Positions 9,857 through 20,536 of a DNA stretch of 64,000 bases are shown here, one piece after another. This DNA is from Candidatus Fimenecus sp. (lineage in GTDB: Bacteria > Bacillota > Clostridia > Oscillospirales > Acutalibacteraceae), in NCBI GenBank assembly GCA_045531435.1, contig JAZSDZ010000146.1, positions 10,156 through 74,155 on the forward strand, in the 5' to 3' direction. The notes under the pieces were generated by a model. It was not told the DNA's origin. It saw only the letters and a program-made list of their open reading frames with translations, and made no database searches. Positions within the stretch are counted from its first letter, which is position 1, and each line of letters opens with the position of its first letter. The position numbers and the translations under genes were made by a program.

Positions 9857-12310
9857 TCACATAATACTTTCAGGGTTAATATCAGCATAGATAACTACAT
9901 CATTATGACCTTTTTCTTTTTCAAAAGAAACAAGCAATTCGCCCATCATATCCCTGAAAGATTTATTATTTATACATTTTATTATTATTCTGTTTCTGTA
10001 TTTACCACCAATTTTAATAATTCTTGGTGCAACAGGACCTAATACAATTATTTTATTATTCTGATATTTTTCTGAATGAGTTTTTTTCAACAAATTAACA
10101 AAATCTATTGCAGATTTATTAACTGAGTATTCTATTTCTGATGAAAAGCTAATAACACATAAATCACAATATGGCGGATAAATCATATTTTTTCTGATTT
10201 CAATTTCACTATTGTAGAACGATTCATAATCTTGTTTTTTTGCCATACAAATGATTTCACTATCAGTAAAATCAGTCTGAATATAAGCTTTACCAGGAAA
10301 TTCACCTCTGCCACTTCGACCTACAACCTGTGTAATTAAATCAAATGCTCTTTCACCACTCTTATAATCATCATTATAGAGCATCTGGTCAACACTTAGA
10401 ACACCTACAAGTGTAACATTAGGAAAATTCAAGCCTTTAGCAACCATCTGAGTACCTATCAGAATATCATATTCACCATTTTCAAAACTCTTGAAATATT
10501 TTTCATATGAGTATCTTGAAGATGTTGTATCTGTATCCATACGCAAAATACGAGCATCTGGAACAATCAATTTAAGTTCTTCTTCCAATTTCTGTGTTCC
10601 CATACCTTTAAACTTAACTGTATCGTTATGACAATTATTACATTTCGCAGAAAAAGGTACTGAATATCCACAATAATGACACATCAATCTGTTATTTTTT
10701 ATATGGTAAGTCAAAGAGATACTACAATTAGGACAGGAATTAACTGTGCCACATTCGCTACACGATGCATATGTATTATATCCTCTTCGATTAAGCAATA
10801 AAATTGACTGCTTTTTATTATTATAGTTTTCAAATATTTCTTCAGCAAGCTGCTTACTTACATTTTCAAGCACCATATCACTTTGATATGTAGTATCAAT
10901 TAATTCAACATCAGGTAAAATGGAGTTTCCATATCTTTTCTTTAATTTAAACAGGGAATAATTACCAGATAAAGCCTTTGTGTAACTATCTATCGATGGT
11001 GTAGCAGAAGATAATAATAAAAGACCATTATGACAACCAATTCTGTATTGAGCAACTTCACGAGCATGATATCTTGGTGTCATCTCTGATTTATAGGTAT
11101 GTTCCTGCTCTTCATCAATAATAACAAGACCCAACTTATCAAAAGGAGCAAAAATTGCAGAACGAGTACCAATCGCAATTTGTGCATCTCCCCTTCTAAT
11201 TCTTTTCCACTCATCAAGACGTTGTCCCATAGAAAGTGAACTATGAAAAACAGCCACTTTATCACCATATCTCTTATAAAACAATGATAACATCTGCGGA
11301 GTCAATGATATTTCAGGAATCATAACAATAATTCCTTTATCAGTCTTAATAGCTTCATCAATTAATTTAAGATATACCTGAGTTTTCCCACTACCTGTCA
11401 CACCAAATAACAACGCACCTTTTGGTGAATCTTCATTATAAAGGGATAACAAGCCGTTGAAAGCGATATTTTGTTCATCAGACAAAATTATTTCGCTAAA
11501 ATCAGTCAACTCATCATTTTCATAAGGACTTCTTAAAACTTCATCATCATAAAACTCAACAATACCTTTTTGTTCAAGTGCTGATATTACTGCAACTGAA
11601 AAACCGGTAAAATAACAAAGTTCTTTAACCGAAGCCGTACCAACATCACATAAAACATTTATAATTTCCTGTTGTTTCTTCGTCAGACTCTTTATTCTTT
11701 CACAATCTTCAATAGGATTAATCTTAAGTTGAACCATTTTAATTGTTGAATCATTGATTCTTCTTTGAGTATCTACATTTCTCAAAAGAATACCATCTTC
11801 AACCATTTTATCAAGCACAGAAGTCTTTTTCAATCCACATTCGGATATAATTCTATCAGATTTAGTAAAGTTTCTTTTATTTTTTAGAAAATTATATATT
11901 ATATTTTCCGTTTCGCCCGAAAAAACACCTGAAAAATCAGGGTTTACTGCATACAATGTATTTACTGATAATGAAAGTCCTAATGGTAAAAAAAGCTTAC
12001 ATGCATCAAAATAAGTACAAAAATATCTGTCGTGAATGAAATATGCTGTTTTCAACATTTCTCTGGTAAATAATGGGTCATCATCAATAACTGAAATTAT
12101 TGGTTTTAATTTTTTATCAGAAATTACACCTGATTCCACAGAAAAAACAATGCCAACTCGTTTTTTTGACGAATTACCAAACTGTATGAGAACTCTTTTC
12201 CCCGCAGATATTTCTTCACACAAAAAATCAGGGACAGAATAATCAAATAGCATATCAAAAGAATATGCCGTATTTTCAACAGCTACTTTCGCAACAGTTA
12301 AAAGTCCCAT
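9857..12310 (-). CDS. priA: primosomal replication-restart helicase PriA
   Basis: Walker [13 protein letters not shown] box, Cys-rich zinc-binding insert (CxxC repeats), 817 aa. Confidence 0.9.
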   Translation of the reverse strand: MGLLTVAKVAVENTAYSFDMLFDYSVPDFLCEEISAGKRVLIQFGNSSKKRVGIVFSVESGVISDKKLKPIISVIDDDPLFTREMLKTAYFIHDRYFCTYFDACKLFLPLGLSLSVNTLYAVNPDFSGVFSGETENIIYNFLKNKRNFTKSDRIISECGLKKTSVLDKMVEDGILLRNVDTQRRINDSTIKMVQLKINPIEDCERIKSLTKKQQEIINVLCDVGTASVKELCYFTGFSVAVISALEQKGIVEFYDDEVLRSPYENDELTDFSEIILSDEQNIAFNGLLSLYNEDSPKGALLFGVTGSGKTQVYLKLIDEAIKTDKGIIVMIPEISLTPQMLSLFYKRYGDKVAVFHSSLSMGQRLDEWKRIRRGDAQIAIGTRSAIFAPFDKLGLVIIDEEQEHTYKSEMTPRYHAREVAQYRIGCHNGLLLLSSATPSIDSYTKALSGNYSLFKLKKRYGNSILPDVELIDTTYQSDMVLENVSKQLAEEIFENYNNKKQSILLLNRRGYNTYASCSECGTVNSCPNCSISLTYHIKNNRLMCHYCGYSVPFSAKCNNCHNDTVKFKGMGTQKLEEELKLIVPDARILRMDTDTTSSRYSYEKYFKSFENGEYDILIGTQMVAKGLNFPNVTLVGVLSVDQMLYNDDYKSGERAFDLITQVVGRSGRGEFPGKAYIQTDFTDSEIICMAKKQDYESFYNSEIEIRKNMIYPPYCDLCVISFSSEIEYSVNKSAIDFVNLLKKTHSEKYQNNKIIVLGPVAPRIIKIGGKYRNRIIIKCINNKSFRDMMGELLVSFEKEKGHNDVVIYADINPESIM

Positions 12311-12351
12311 AATCTGCCCCTCCTATAAAAATTTTATTTAATTTTTAAATT

Positions 12352-12561
12352 TTAGATGTTACGAATTTCTTCTGGTTCAACTACAACATACTTACCATTA
12401 ATTATTTCATCTAAAGCAATACTTACAGGCTTTTCCTTAAGAATCTCTTCATTTTCCTGTGCTTCTGATGAAATTTCTCTTGCTCTTTTTGCAACTGCTG
12501 ATACAAGAGAGTAACGGCTTGTATGATTTTTAAGTACATTTCTTAAATCTGGATTAAACAT
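12352..12561 (-). CDS. rpoZ: RNA polymerase subunit omega
   Basis: 69 aa with the RYSLVSAVAKRAREI motif, directly after gmk. Confidence 0.85.
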   Translation of the reverse strand: MFNPDLRNVLKNHTSRYSLVSAVAKRAREISSEAQENEEILKEKPVSIALDEIINGKYVVVEPEEIRNI

Positions 12562-13168
12562 TATCTATTACCTCACTTACAAAATTATTCATTCTTTTAT
12601 TTGAAAAATTGAGAGCCCTAATGATTGTTAAAACATCATCAGCAGTGCTATCAACATCTTCATTGACTACAAAAAAGTCATAATTTACACTTTTATTCAA
12701 CTCATCGTGTGCAATTTCAAGACGCTTACGAATATCATCGTCGCTTTCTGTACCTCTTGAACGCAGTCTGTTTTCAAGAGTACTCATTGATGGTGGCAAA
12801 ACGAATAGACTGACAGAATCAGGATACATTTTTTTTATATTTTCAGCACCCTGAACTTCAATTTTAAGAATAACTGTTTCCCCTTCACTAAGCCATTTAT
12901 CAATAGGAGCTTTAGGTGTTCCATATAAGTTTGAACCATACTTTGCATATTCAAGAACTTCACCATTTGAAATCATTTTTTCAAACTCCGGAACATCTAT
13001 GAAATAATAATCTTTCCCTTCTGTCTCATAATCACGAATTTTTCTTGTGGTTAATGAAACAGATTTTTTTAATTGTTTATTTTTTTCCAAAACAACATCA
13101 AGAACTGTATCTTTACCAACTCCTGAAGGTCCTGAAAAAAGAATAAGCATACCTTCCTTATTCGCCAT
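12554..13168 (-). CDS. gmk: guanylate kinase
   Basis: P-loop GPSGVGK, TTR motif. Start set to ATG 13168 (GGAGG RBS). Confidence 0.9.
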   Translation of the reverse strand: MANKEGMLILFSGPSGVGKDTVLDVVLEKNKQLKKSVSLTTRKIRDYETEGKDYYFIDVPEFEKMISNGEVLEYAKYGSNLYGTPKAPIDKWLSEGETVILKIEVQGAENIKKMYPDSVSLFVLPPSMSTLENRLRSRGTESDDDIRKRLEIAHDELNKSVNYDFFVVNEDVDSTADDVLTIIRALNFSNKRMNNFVSEVIDNV

Positions 13169-13412
13169 ATCCACCCTCCTCATATTCAGTACGATTCAAA
13201 ATTGTTTCAGCCTTTAAGTATGTTGAAACAACATGGTCACTATCCATAATAAGTATTGCTTGTGTTTTTCTTCCCTGAGTAGCATCAATCAGCATATTTC
13301 TGTCTTTTGCTTGTGAAATAATACGTTTTGCAGGTGCAGAATCAGTCGAAATAACAGCAATTACTCTATCAGAATTCACAGCATTACCAAAACCGACATT
13401 TATCAATTTCAT
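13158..13412 (-). CDS. remA: RemA/DUF370 family regulator
   Basis: MKLINVGFGN...MLIDATQGRKT...IMDSDHV closely resembles B. subtilis RemA (YlzA). Confidence 0.8.
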   Translation of the reverse strand: MKLINVGFGNAVNSDRVIAVISTDSAPAKRIISQAKDRNMLIDATQGRKTQAILIMDSDHVVSTYLKAETILNRTEYEEGGYGE

Positions 13413-13421
13413 TATAATACC

Positions 13422-14306
13422 TCACTCAATATTTTGAATCTGTTCTCTTATTTTCTCAATTTCTGCCTTAATATCAATTACACATCGTGCAATTGTGACA
13501 TCCTGTGCTTTTGAACCGATAGTATTTGCTTCACGATTCATTTCCTGTACAAGGAAATCAGTTTTACGCCCAACTGCTTCGTCACTATCAAGGAACTGTC
13601 TTAACTGGTCAATATGACTTCTGAGTCTTACAGTTTCTTCGGCAACGGCAACTTTATCAGCAAAAATAGCACATTCAGTCAATAATCTCTGTTCATCAAC
13701 CTGTACATCTGATAAAAACTCATTTATTCTTGCTAATAATTTATCATTATATTCCTTAACTGTTTCTGGTGAACGCTCTTCAATGAGTGAAACCTTTTCA
13801 AGAATCAAATCTGCTCTTGAAAGAACATCGTTCTTTAACTTATCACCTTCAGTTTCTCGCATTAAAATAAACTTATCAACTGCAGTCTCAGTAACGGATT
13901 TAACTGCGTTCCAGATTTTATCCTCATCAGCCTCTTTTTTATGTACGGTAAAGACATCATTATATCGTGCAAGTGAAGACATTGCCAAATCATCTCTTAA
14001 ATTAAGTTCATTTCTTTCGGCAAGTTCTTTTAATGCACCTAAATAAGACTGTGCAAGAGAATGATTTACTAATACTTCAATTTCATCGTCTTCAAGGTTT
14101 TCAACGGAAACATAACACTCAACTTTACCTCTTGAAACACGAGAACCAATGTAACTCTTAAGTTTTTCCTCAAGAAAACCATAATTTCTTGGAACACGAG
14201 AATTAAACTCAAAATATCTGTGATTAACACTTTTAAGTTCGACAGTTATATTCATTGTATCAACAACTGCCTGTGAACGACCGTATCCGGTCATACTTCT
14301 AATCAT
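13422..14306 (-). CDS. YicC/YloC family stress-induced protein (endoribonuclease family)
   Basis: MIRSMTGYGR N-terminus and C-terminal DUF1732-like EMNREANTIGSK motif. Confidence 0.85.
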   Translation of the reverse strand: MIRSMTGYGRSQAVVDTMNITVELKSVNHRYFEFNSRVPRNYGFLEEKLKSYIGSRVSRGKVECYVSVENLEDDEIEVLVNHSLAQSYLGALKELAERNELNLRDDLAMSSLARYNDVFTVHKKEADEDKIWNAVKSVTETAVDKFILMRETEGDKLKNDVLSRADLILEKVSLIEERSPETVKEYNDKLLARINEFLSDVQVDEQRLLTECAIFADKVAVAEETVRLRSHIDQLRQFLDSDEAVGRKTDFLVQEMNREANTIGSKAQDVTIARCVIDIKAEIEKIREQIQNIE

Positions 14307-14321
14307 ATATTACACTCCAAA

Positions 14322-14696
14322 TTATTTACAACAGCTACCTTTTAAAAGTGTTGGAATATCACCACTGTAAACACCATTATTATTTTCAAATCCTAAATGT
14401 GTCAGCACATTTGAAATTTTTTCAATCTCACAATAACACATATAAGCATTTCTGTTTGCACAATAATTTAATCCTGCTCTTAAAAATCCTTCAACCAAAA
14501 GCTTATCAGAAAAATCACACTCTATATATTCAAAATAACACTTGTAATTGTCAATTTTGACCAAGCATTTACCAACAGGATTATTTTCTTCATCAAAACC
14601 CAAATATCCACCGAAAATATCCTTGTCATTGATTAAATTATTCTCAAATAACGTCTTTATTTTATCAATATCATTAATCGGTTTATAAATAATCAT
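14322..14696 (-). CDS. hypothetical Cys-rich small protein (124 aa)
   Basis: ORF whose ATG overlaps the rluB stop (TAATG at 14694-14698). It has 8 Cys and ends in SCCK. No family recognised. Confidence 0.5.
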   Translation of the reverse strand: MIIYKPINDIDKIKTLFENNLINDKDIFGGYLGFDEENNPVGKCLVKIDNYKCYFEYIECDFSDKLLVEGFLRAGLNYCANRNAYMCYCEIEKISNVLTHLGFENNNGVYSGDIPTLLKGSCCK

Positions 14697-15442
14697 TATT
14701 TCAAATTCTTTCTATCAAGAGATGCCGCAACAGTCAGCTTATGCACTTCCTCATCAGTAAGATTTCTCCAATCTCCCTGTTTGAGCATACCAAGCTTAAC
14801 TGAACCAATTTGAGTACGTTTAAGTCTTGCAACTTCAAGTCCTAAAGCATCACACATCTTTCTGATTTGTCGGTTTCTTCCTTCGTAAATTATGATTTCT
14901 AAAACAACTCTACCCTCTTTTTTCTCTATAACACGGACTTCAGAAGGCATTGTCATTCTACCGTCAATTTCAATACCAGTGGTTAAGGCGGTAATCTGCT
15001 CTTCAGTAATAGTTGGTCGAACTGTTACACGATAAGTTTTCGGTACATGATGTGTAGGATGAGTCAAAGAATTAGCAAATTCACCATCATCAGTAAGAAG
15101 CAAAAGACCTTCTGAATCTCTGTCTAATCTACCAACAGGATAAACTCGTGTTCCAACATCTTCTATAAGTTGAGCAACACATTTTCTGCCCATTTCATCA
15201 CTGAGAGTTGTAATAAAACCTCGTGGTTTATGAAGCATAATGTAGGTATTCTTTTTACTTTTTCTGACCTTTTTACCAGCCACAACAACTGTGTCATTTT
15301 TAGGGTCAATTTTATCACCAATAGAAGCAGGTTTACCGTTGACCTTTACCTTACCTGCTGCAATCAAATCTTCAGCTTTTCTTCTTGATGCAACACCACA
15401 TTCAGATAAATATTTCTGAAGTCTGACCTTATTATCTGCCAT
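14696..15442 (-). CDS. rluB: rRNA pseudouridine synthase (RsuA/RluB family)
   Basis: N-terminal S4 domain (RLQKYLSECGVASRR) and catalytic GRLDRDSEGLLLLT motif. Confidence 0.85.
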   Translation of the reverse strand: MADNKVRLQKYLSECGVASRRKAEDLIAAGKVKVNGKPASIGDKIDPKNDTVVVAGKKVRKSKKNTYIMLHKPRGFITTLSDEMGRKCVAQLIEDVGTRVYPVGRLDRDSEGLLLLTDDGEFANSLTHPTHHVPKTYRVTVRPTITEEQITALTTGIEIDGRMTMPSEVRVIEKKEGRVVLEIIIYEGRNRQIRKMCDALGLEVARLKRTQIGSVKLGMLKQGDWRNLTDEEVHKLTVAASLDRKNLK

Positions 15443-15530
15443 ATTTACACCTAATACCCTTAATCTATAATTAATAAATAATATAGAATCACCGTTGAGA
15501 GCTAAAAGCCCTCAACGCTGATATTTTTAA

Positions 15531-15965
15531 TTATTCAACTGATTCGTCAGCGGAAACACTTGTCAATTCTGTTTTGATAGCCTTGTCCATTTTAGCTTTA
15601 TTAACTGCATTAGAAACCTTATCGAACATTTCAGGAACAAGTCCTACAATACGCTCTGCAGCATTATCAAAAGCTGTAATGTGCTTAACATCAACATTAC
15701 CATATGCATCAATTACCAAGAAAGCAACAGGAAGAATTGTAACACCGGCACCGCCGCCACCACCAAAAATGTCCTGATTAGATTTTGATGGGAAATCAGA
15801 ACCACCTGATGCAAACCCATATGTAACCTTTGATACAGGAATAATTGTAACTCCACCATCAACCTTCATTGGTTCACCAATAATTGTGCTGACATTTACA
15901 AGGTCCTTTACCTTTTCAATTGTTGATTCAAGAATACCTGCTGCTGATGACTTTTCTTTCATCAT
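15531..15965 (-). CDS. ytfJ: sporulation protein YtfJ (GerW family)
   Basis: IIGEP...TIIPVSKV..FGFASGGS...GGGGGAGVTILPVAFLVI pattern typical of YtfJ. Confidence 0.8.
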   Translation of the reverse strand: MMKEKSSAAGILESTIEKVKDLVNVSTIIGEPMKVDGGVTIIPVSKVTYGFASGGSDFPSKSNQDIFGGGGGAGVTILPVAFLVIDAYGNVDVKHITAFDNAAERIVGLVPEMFDKVSNAVNKAKMDKAIKTELTSVSADESVE

Positions 15966-16669
15966 AAAGCACCACCTTCATTTAGATTTTCTTTTTTTGA
16001 TTTATTTTTTATTCCTTTAAGGAATTTGAGTACAACTTTAAATACTAGTCTGAATACAAGAACAATAACTGCATTTATAAAGAATATTGGTCTTATATGT
16101 ACTAATGCTGCAAACTGTGATGAATTTTTCGTACCAATGAAATCAGGTTCAATTTCAACATCATATTTTTTTACAGGAAGATTTGAGCAGATATACCCCA
16201 TCGCGGGAAAAACCTTCTGACAAATTCTGCCATATTCCATAGCTGTTTCTGCAGCATCACATCCACCCGTTACGGTCATAAATAAATATAATTCACGGAA
16301 AACAATATGTTTTTTAAAAGATGAAAACATTTTTCCGAGTGAAGAAGCCAAATTGTTTATAAGTTCAATCACACCATCGAAGCCCTGATTATTATAAAAT
16401 GTAACAAATATATTTTCTTTTTTCTCTGCCTGCTCATCAGGGGTTGGTGCCGGTTCAGGAGTTTGTTCTTTTTGAGATTTTTCTTTCTTGGGTTTCTTTT
16501 CTTTCTGAGGCTTGTCTTTCTTTTTTGATGGAAGAATCTGAATATTTATGAAAAGCCACCTAATACTTAATTTGAATTCATCAAAATATTCTACATTAAT
16601 TGTAATTCTTATACTTAAAAGAACTACTAAGAACAAAATTATTCCTAACAAAACGTATAAAAAAGTCAA
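15962..16669 (-). CDS. DUF2953-like membrane protein (YtfI-like)
   Basis: N-terminal TM and a Lys/Glu-rich linker; translationally coupled upstream of ytfJ, as in the ytfI-ytfJ pair. Confidence 0.6.
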   Translation of the reverse strand: MTFLYVLLGIILFLVVLLSIRITINVEYFDEFKLSIRWLFINIQILPSKKKDKPQKEKKPKKEKSQKEQTPEPAPTPDEQAEKKENIFVTFYNNQGFDGVIELINNLASSLGKMFSSFKKHIVFRELYLFMTVTGGCDAAETAMEYGRICQKVFPAMGYICSNLPVKKYDVEIEPDFIGTKNSSQFAALVHIRPIFFINAVIVLVFRLVFKVVLKFLKGIKNKSKKENLNEGGAL

Positions 16670-16704
16670 AAGAACACCTCCCTATATAAAATAAAGTAAT
16701 TTAA

Positions 16705-17271
16705 TTATTCATTAATTGAGTCTTGTTCCTCAGTAACATCCTCACTGATTTCTTCAGCTTCCTTATGTGGTAAATCAGGTAATTCATCAAGAGAAGAAAT
16801 TGAAAAACATCTTAAGAAATCAGGTGTTGTACCATAAAGCAACGGGCGACCCGGTAAATCAAGTCTGCCTTTTTCTTCAATAAGCTTTTTCTGACAAAGA
16901 GTAGTAATTACACCACTACAATCAACCCCGCGAATTTGTTCAATAAATGATTTTGTAACAGGTTGATTATATGCGATAACTGCCAAAACTTCAAATGCAG
17001 CAGTTGATAATGGCGTATTTTTTCTTAACTCAAGGACATCACGAATGACTTCTGCATATTCAGTTCTTGAAGAAAGTTGATACATATTATCCAATTTGAG
17101 AATACAAATACCACTATTTCTTTCATCCAATTTTGCAGAAAGATTTAAAATAACCTGCTCACAAACTTCAGGTTCAATTTCAAGTACCTCTGCTATTTTA
17201 TCAAGTTCAACCGGCTCACCTGATGCAAATAGTATTGCTTCAACAGCAGCCTGTAATTTACTTGCTTTCAT
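16705..17271 (-). CDS. scpB: segregation and condensation protein B
   Basis: AILFASGEP, tandem winged-helix layout. Start set to ATG 17271, 1 nt after the scpA stop. Confidence 0.9.
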   Translation of the reverse strand: MKASKLQAAVEAILFASGEPVELDKIAEVLEIEPEVCEQVILNLSAKLDERNSGICILKLDNMYQLSSRTEYAEVIRDVLELRKNTPLSTAAFEVLAVIAYNQPVTKSFIEQIRGVDCSGVITTLCQKKLIEEKGRLDLPGRPLLYGTTPDFLRCFSISSLDELPDLPHKEAEEISEDVTEEQDSINE

Positions 17272-17272
17272 A

Positions 17273-18010
17273 CTAATTCCATTCCTCACTTACATCTGAA
17301 AAATCCGTATCGATTAATTCAACCTCTGCCTCTTCACCGTCACCAACAACTTTAATTTTCTTTGATTTTGTCAATTCAAGAAGTGCTAAAAAAGTAGCAA
17401 CCATATCCGAACGTGATTCAGCGTCATTAAACATTGATTTCCAATTAGATTTTTTGTTCTTTGAAGATAATTTCCTAAAAATATTTGAGATTTTTGAGCT
17501 TACTGACACAACCTTTTTTACGACAATTTCACGGAAAGCTTCAATTGGTGGTGGTAGTTGTTTAAGTTTTTTACCGGCAGCAGAAATGTATGCTTCAAAA
17601 AGTTCTCCAACCTCATGAAACCTTCTATAAGTATGGTCAATTTCAATTTTTTCCTGCTTACGAATAAAAGTGGAAAATCCGTCAGTATTTTCTGACAATT
17701 TTTCAGCCATTATTTTCATATCTCGATATTCAATTAATTCACCCTGAAGTTCATTCTTTAATTCTTCAGCTTCGGTATGAACAGGAAGTAATGATACTGA
17801 TTTCAAATATACAAGTCGTGCTGCCATCTCAAGAAATTCAGAGGCAACATACATATCTTCCTCCTGCATTTGTCGAACATATTCTACATATTGTTCAACA
17901 AGTGTAACAATCGGAATATCATATATATTCAATTTATGTTTTGAAATAAGATGCAGAAGCAAATCCATAGGACCTTCAAAAACATCTATTTTATATGATA
18001 TTTTTTCCAT
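17273..18010 (-). CDS. scpA: segregation and condensation protein A
   Basis: FEGPMDLLLHLI kleisin N-terminal motif. Confidence 0.9.
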   Translation of the reverse strand: MEKISYKIDVFEGPMDLLLHLISKHKLNIYDIPIVTLVEQYVEYVRQMQEEDMYVASEFLEMAARLVYLKSVSLLPVHTEAEELKNELQGELIEYRDMKIMAEKLSENTDGFSTFIRKQEKIEIDHTYRRFHEVGELFEAYISAAGKKLKQLPPPIEAFREIVVKKVVSVSSKISNIFRKLSSKNKKSNWKSMFNDAESRSDMVATFLALLELTKSKKIKVVGDGEEAEVELIDTDFSDVSEEWN

Positions 18011-18025
18011 ATTAGTTCCTTAAAA

Positions 18026-18691
18026 TTAGAAAATTAAAATTGATATTGACGAAAAAAGATTAATTATCAAAGTAGAAATCAATGAGAGAGGCTTTGATAA
18101 AACACCTGTCATAATCAGAACGAAAACAATAATTACAATGTATCTTTCGTATTGTAAAAACTTATAATAATATTTTGCGGGAATCAAAAGTTGCAAAATC
18201 CTTGAACCATCCAACGGTGGAATTGGTAAGAGATTAAATACTGCAAGATTAACATTTACAACACCTGCAAATGTAAGAAAATAATAAACTGCATAAATTA
18301 TAGTTGATGATGAGTCACCAAGATTTCCAACAGCAGTTGCAAGGAAGATAAATATAAATCCCATAATAAGATTTGAAATAGGTCCTGCAATAGCAGTTAA
18401 AGCCATTCCCTTTTTAGGGTCCTTAAAATTTCGTGGATTAACATTGACAGGTTTTGCATAACCAAAACCACAAAGGAAAATCATAATTGCACCCAAAGGT
18501 GAAATATGAGCCATAGGGTTGAGAGTTAAACGACCTGACAAACGAGGTGTCTGGTCACCAAGTTTAGTTGCAATCAGAGCATGAGCATATTCATGAACAG
18601 GCATTGTACAAAAAATAACAAATAATCTTGAAAAAAATGTAATAATCAGACTTAACCCATCTGAATTCCCTCTGAAAATATCTAAAAGCAT
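18026..18691 (-). CDS. site-2 protease family (peptidase M50) membrane protein
   Basis: HEYAHAL (HExxH) in a TM segment plus the NLLPIPPLDG motif. Confidence 0.75.
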   Translation of the reverse strand: MLLDIFRGNSDGLSLIITFFSRLFVIFCTMPVHEYAHALIATKLGDQTPRLSGRLTLNPMAHISPLGAIMIFLCGFGYAKPVNVNPRNFKDPKKGMALTAIAGPISNLIMGFIFIFLATAVGNLGDSSSTIIYAVYYFLTFAGVVNVNLAVFNLLPIPPLDGSRILQLLIPAKYYYKFLQYERYIVIIVFVLIMTGVLSKPLSLISTLIINLFSSISILIF

Positions 18692-18722
18692 ATTTTTATC
18701 CTTTCATTTCTCTAAAACGATA

Positions 18723-19553
18723 TTATATTCTAAAAGTTACAATTCTGTCAATATTGTTAAAGTCAAAAATCACATTACTTTCAACATATTTATCTTTAAA
18801 TAGTTCAATAATCTGTTGACTTTGATTCTCACCACATTCCAATGCAATATAACCGGACGAATTAACCTTATTACACCATCTGTCAGAAAGACATCTGTAA
18901 AAATCATAACCATCTTTTCCACCATCAAGAGCAGTAAATGGCTCAAATAAAACTTCATTTTGTAAAGATAATATTTCCTCAGACATAATATATGGTGGAT
19001 TTGAAAGAATTAAATCAGCATCAGGAAACAACGATAAATCTACTGTAAATAAATCATCATTTATAATTGTAACATTATTTAAACTCAAATTATTTTTATT
19101 TTTAATTAAATAATTAAATGCCTTATTTTCTTTCTCAAGAAGATAAACGGTAGCATCAGGACAGTGTTTAGCAACAGTCAATCCAATACATCCTGTACCT
19201 GCACAAAGATCATACACAACAGGTTTTTTCATATTTCTGATTTTATCCAATGCAAAATCAACAAGCATCTCAGTTTCAGGTCTAGGAATCAACACTCCTT
19301 CCCCTACTGAAAATGACAAATCATAAAAATCCCAGTTACCTAAAATATATTGTAAAGGTTCACCGTTTTTTCTTCGTAGAATTGCGTTACTGATTTTAAA
19401 CTTATGTTCTTCAGATACAATTATATCATCAATTAAAATTTGTTCTCTTGTAAAACCTAAGATATCATTAAAAAGACATAATGTTTCAAAATTTTCATTT
19501 TCTGTGAATGATAACTCATTTGAGCAATAAGAATAAAGTTCTTTTATGGTCAT
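18723..19553 (-). CDS. prmC: release-factor glutamine N5-methyltransferase
   Basis: DLCAGTGCIG SAM motif and NPPY catalytic motif. Confidence 0.85.
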   Translation of the reverse strand: MTIKELYSYCSNELSFTENENFETLCLFNDILGFTREQILIDDIIVSEEHKFKISNAILRRKNGEPLQYILGNWDFYDLSFSVGEGVLIPRPETEMLVDFALDKIRNMKKPVVYDLCAGTGCIGLTVAKHCPDATVYLLEKENKAFNYLIKNKNNLSLNNVTIINDDLFTVDLSLFPDADLILSNPPYIMSEEILSLQNEVLFEPFTALDGGKDGYDFYRCLSDRWCNKVNSSGYIALECGENQSQQIIELFKDKYVESNVIFDFNNIDRIVTFRI

Positions 19554-20524
19554 TTTATCTTATCATCCTCAGGATTATCAGTAATAACCGCCTTAATTGA
19601 TTCGATAGCAACCTCAATAATATCATCTGTTGGTTCAACAGTTGTAATTCTCTGCATCAAAAGTCCCGGATAAGACAAGATTTTAACCACAATATTTTCA
19701 TGTTTACCTGCATATTTAATAAATTCGTAACCTACTCCCATTATAATAGGAAGAATTGCAATCTTAATTATCATCCAAAGAATTTTATTAATACTTGCAA
19801 GTTCAGGGAAAATTAGTACAAGTGAAAATGAAGCTGCCATACTCAAAATAAGCATTACAAACATAAATGCAGTACCACATCTTGGGTGAAATCTTGACAT
19901 TTTACGAACATTTTCAACTGTCAATTCAAGACCATTTTCGTAACAGAATATTGTTTTATGTTCAGCACCATGATACATAAACACCCTATTAATCATTGAC
20001 ATTTTTGATACAAGATACATATACAAAATGAAAATAATGATTCTCATTACACCTTCAATCAATGGGTGATATTTAGAAATATCTGCATTGGTCAAGATGT
20101 ATGTATCAAACAAGTCAACTGCTTCGATAGGAAGATACAAGAATATAAGCATAGCAAGAACGACACCTAATATGGATGAAACGCCTGTGACAAATGTCAT
20201 CATTTTTTCACCCATATGCTCTGATAACCACTTATCAAATTTGGACATATCCTCTTCTTTTTGTTCTTCCGTCATTGCTTTATCAGCAGATTTCATCAAG
20301 TATTTATATCCAGAAATCATTGAATCGGCAAACGCAAAAACACCACGAATAACGGGAATTTTCATTATTGGATTCTTTTTAACTGTATTTTCTTCTAATT
20401 CTGTATCAATTGTACCATCAGGCAATCTAACAGACATAGCTGTGCCTTTTGGTCCTTTCATCATTATGCCTTCAATCAATGCCTGTCCGCCAATTGAAGT
20501 TTTGTGTTGTGATTTGTTACTCAA
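19550..20524 (-). CDS. DUF1385 membrane protein (commonly linked to prmC)
   Basis: GGQALIEGIMMKGP N-terminus, HGAEHK motif, multiple TM segments; overlaps the prmC start. Confidence 0.7.
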   Translation of the reverse strand: MSNKSQHKTSIGGQALIEGIMMKGPKGTAMSVRLPDGTIDTELEENTVKKNPIMKIPVIRGVFAFADSMISGYKYLMKSADKAMTEEQKEEDMSKFDKWLSEHMGEKMMTFVTGVSSILGVVLAMLIFLYLPIEAVDLFDTYILTNADISKYHPLIEGVMRIIIFILYMYLVSKMSMINRVFMYHGAEHKTIFCYENGLELTVENVRKMSRFHPRCGTAFMFVMLILSMAASFSLVLIFPELASINKILWMIIKIAILPIIMGVGYEFIKYAGKHENIVVKILSYPGLLMQRITTVEPTDDIIEVAIESIKAVITDNPEDDKIK

Positions 20525-20536
20525 TTTTAACTCTCC

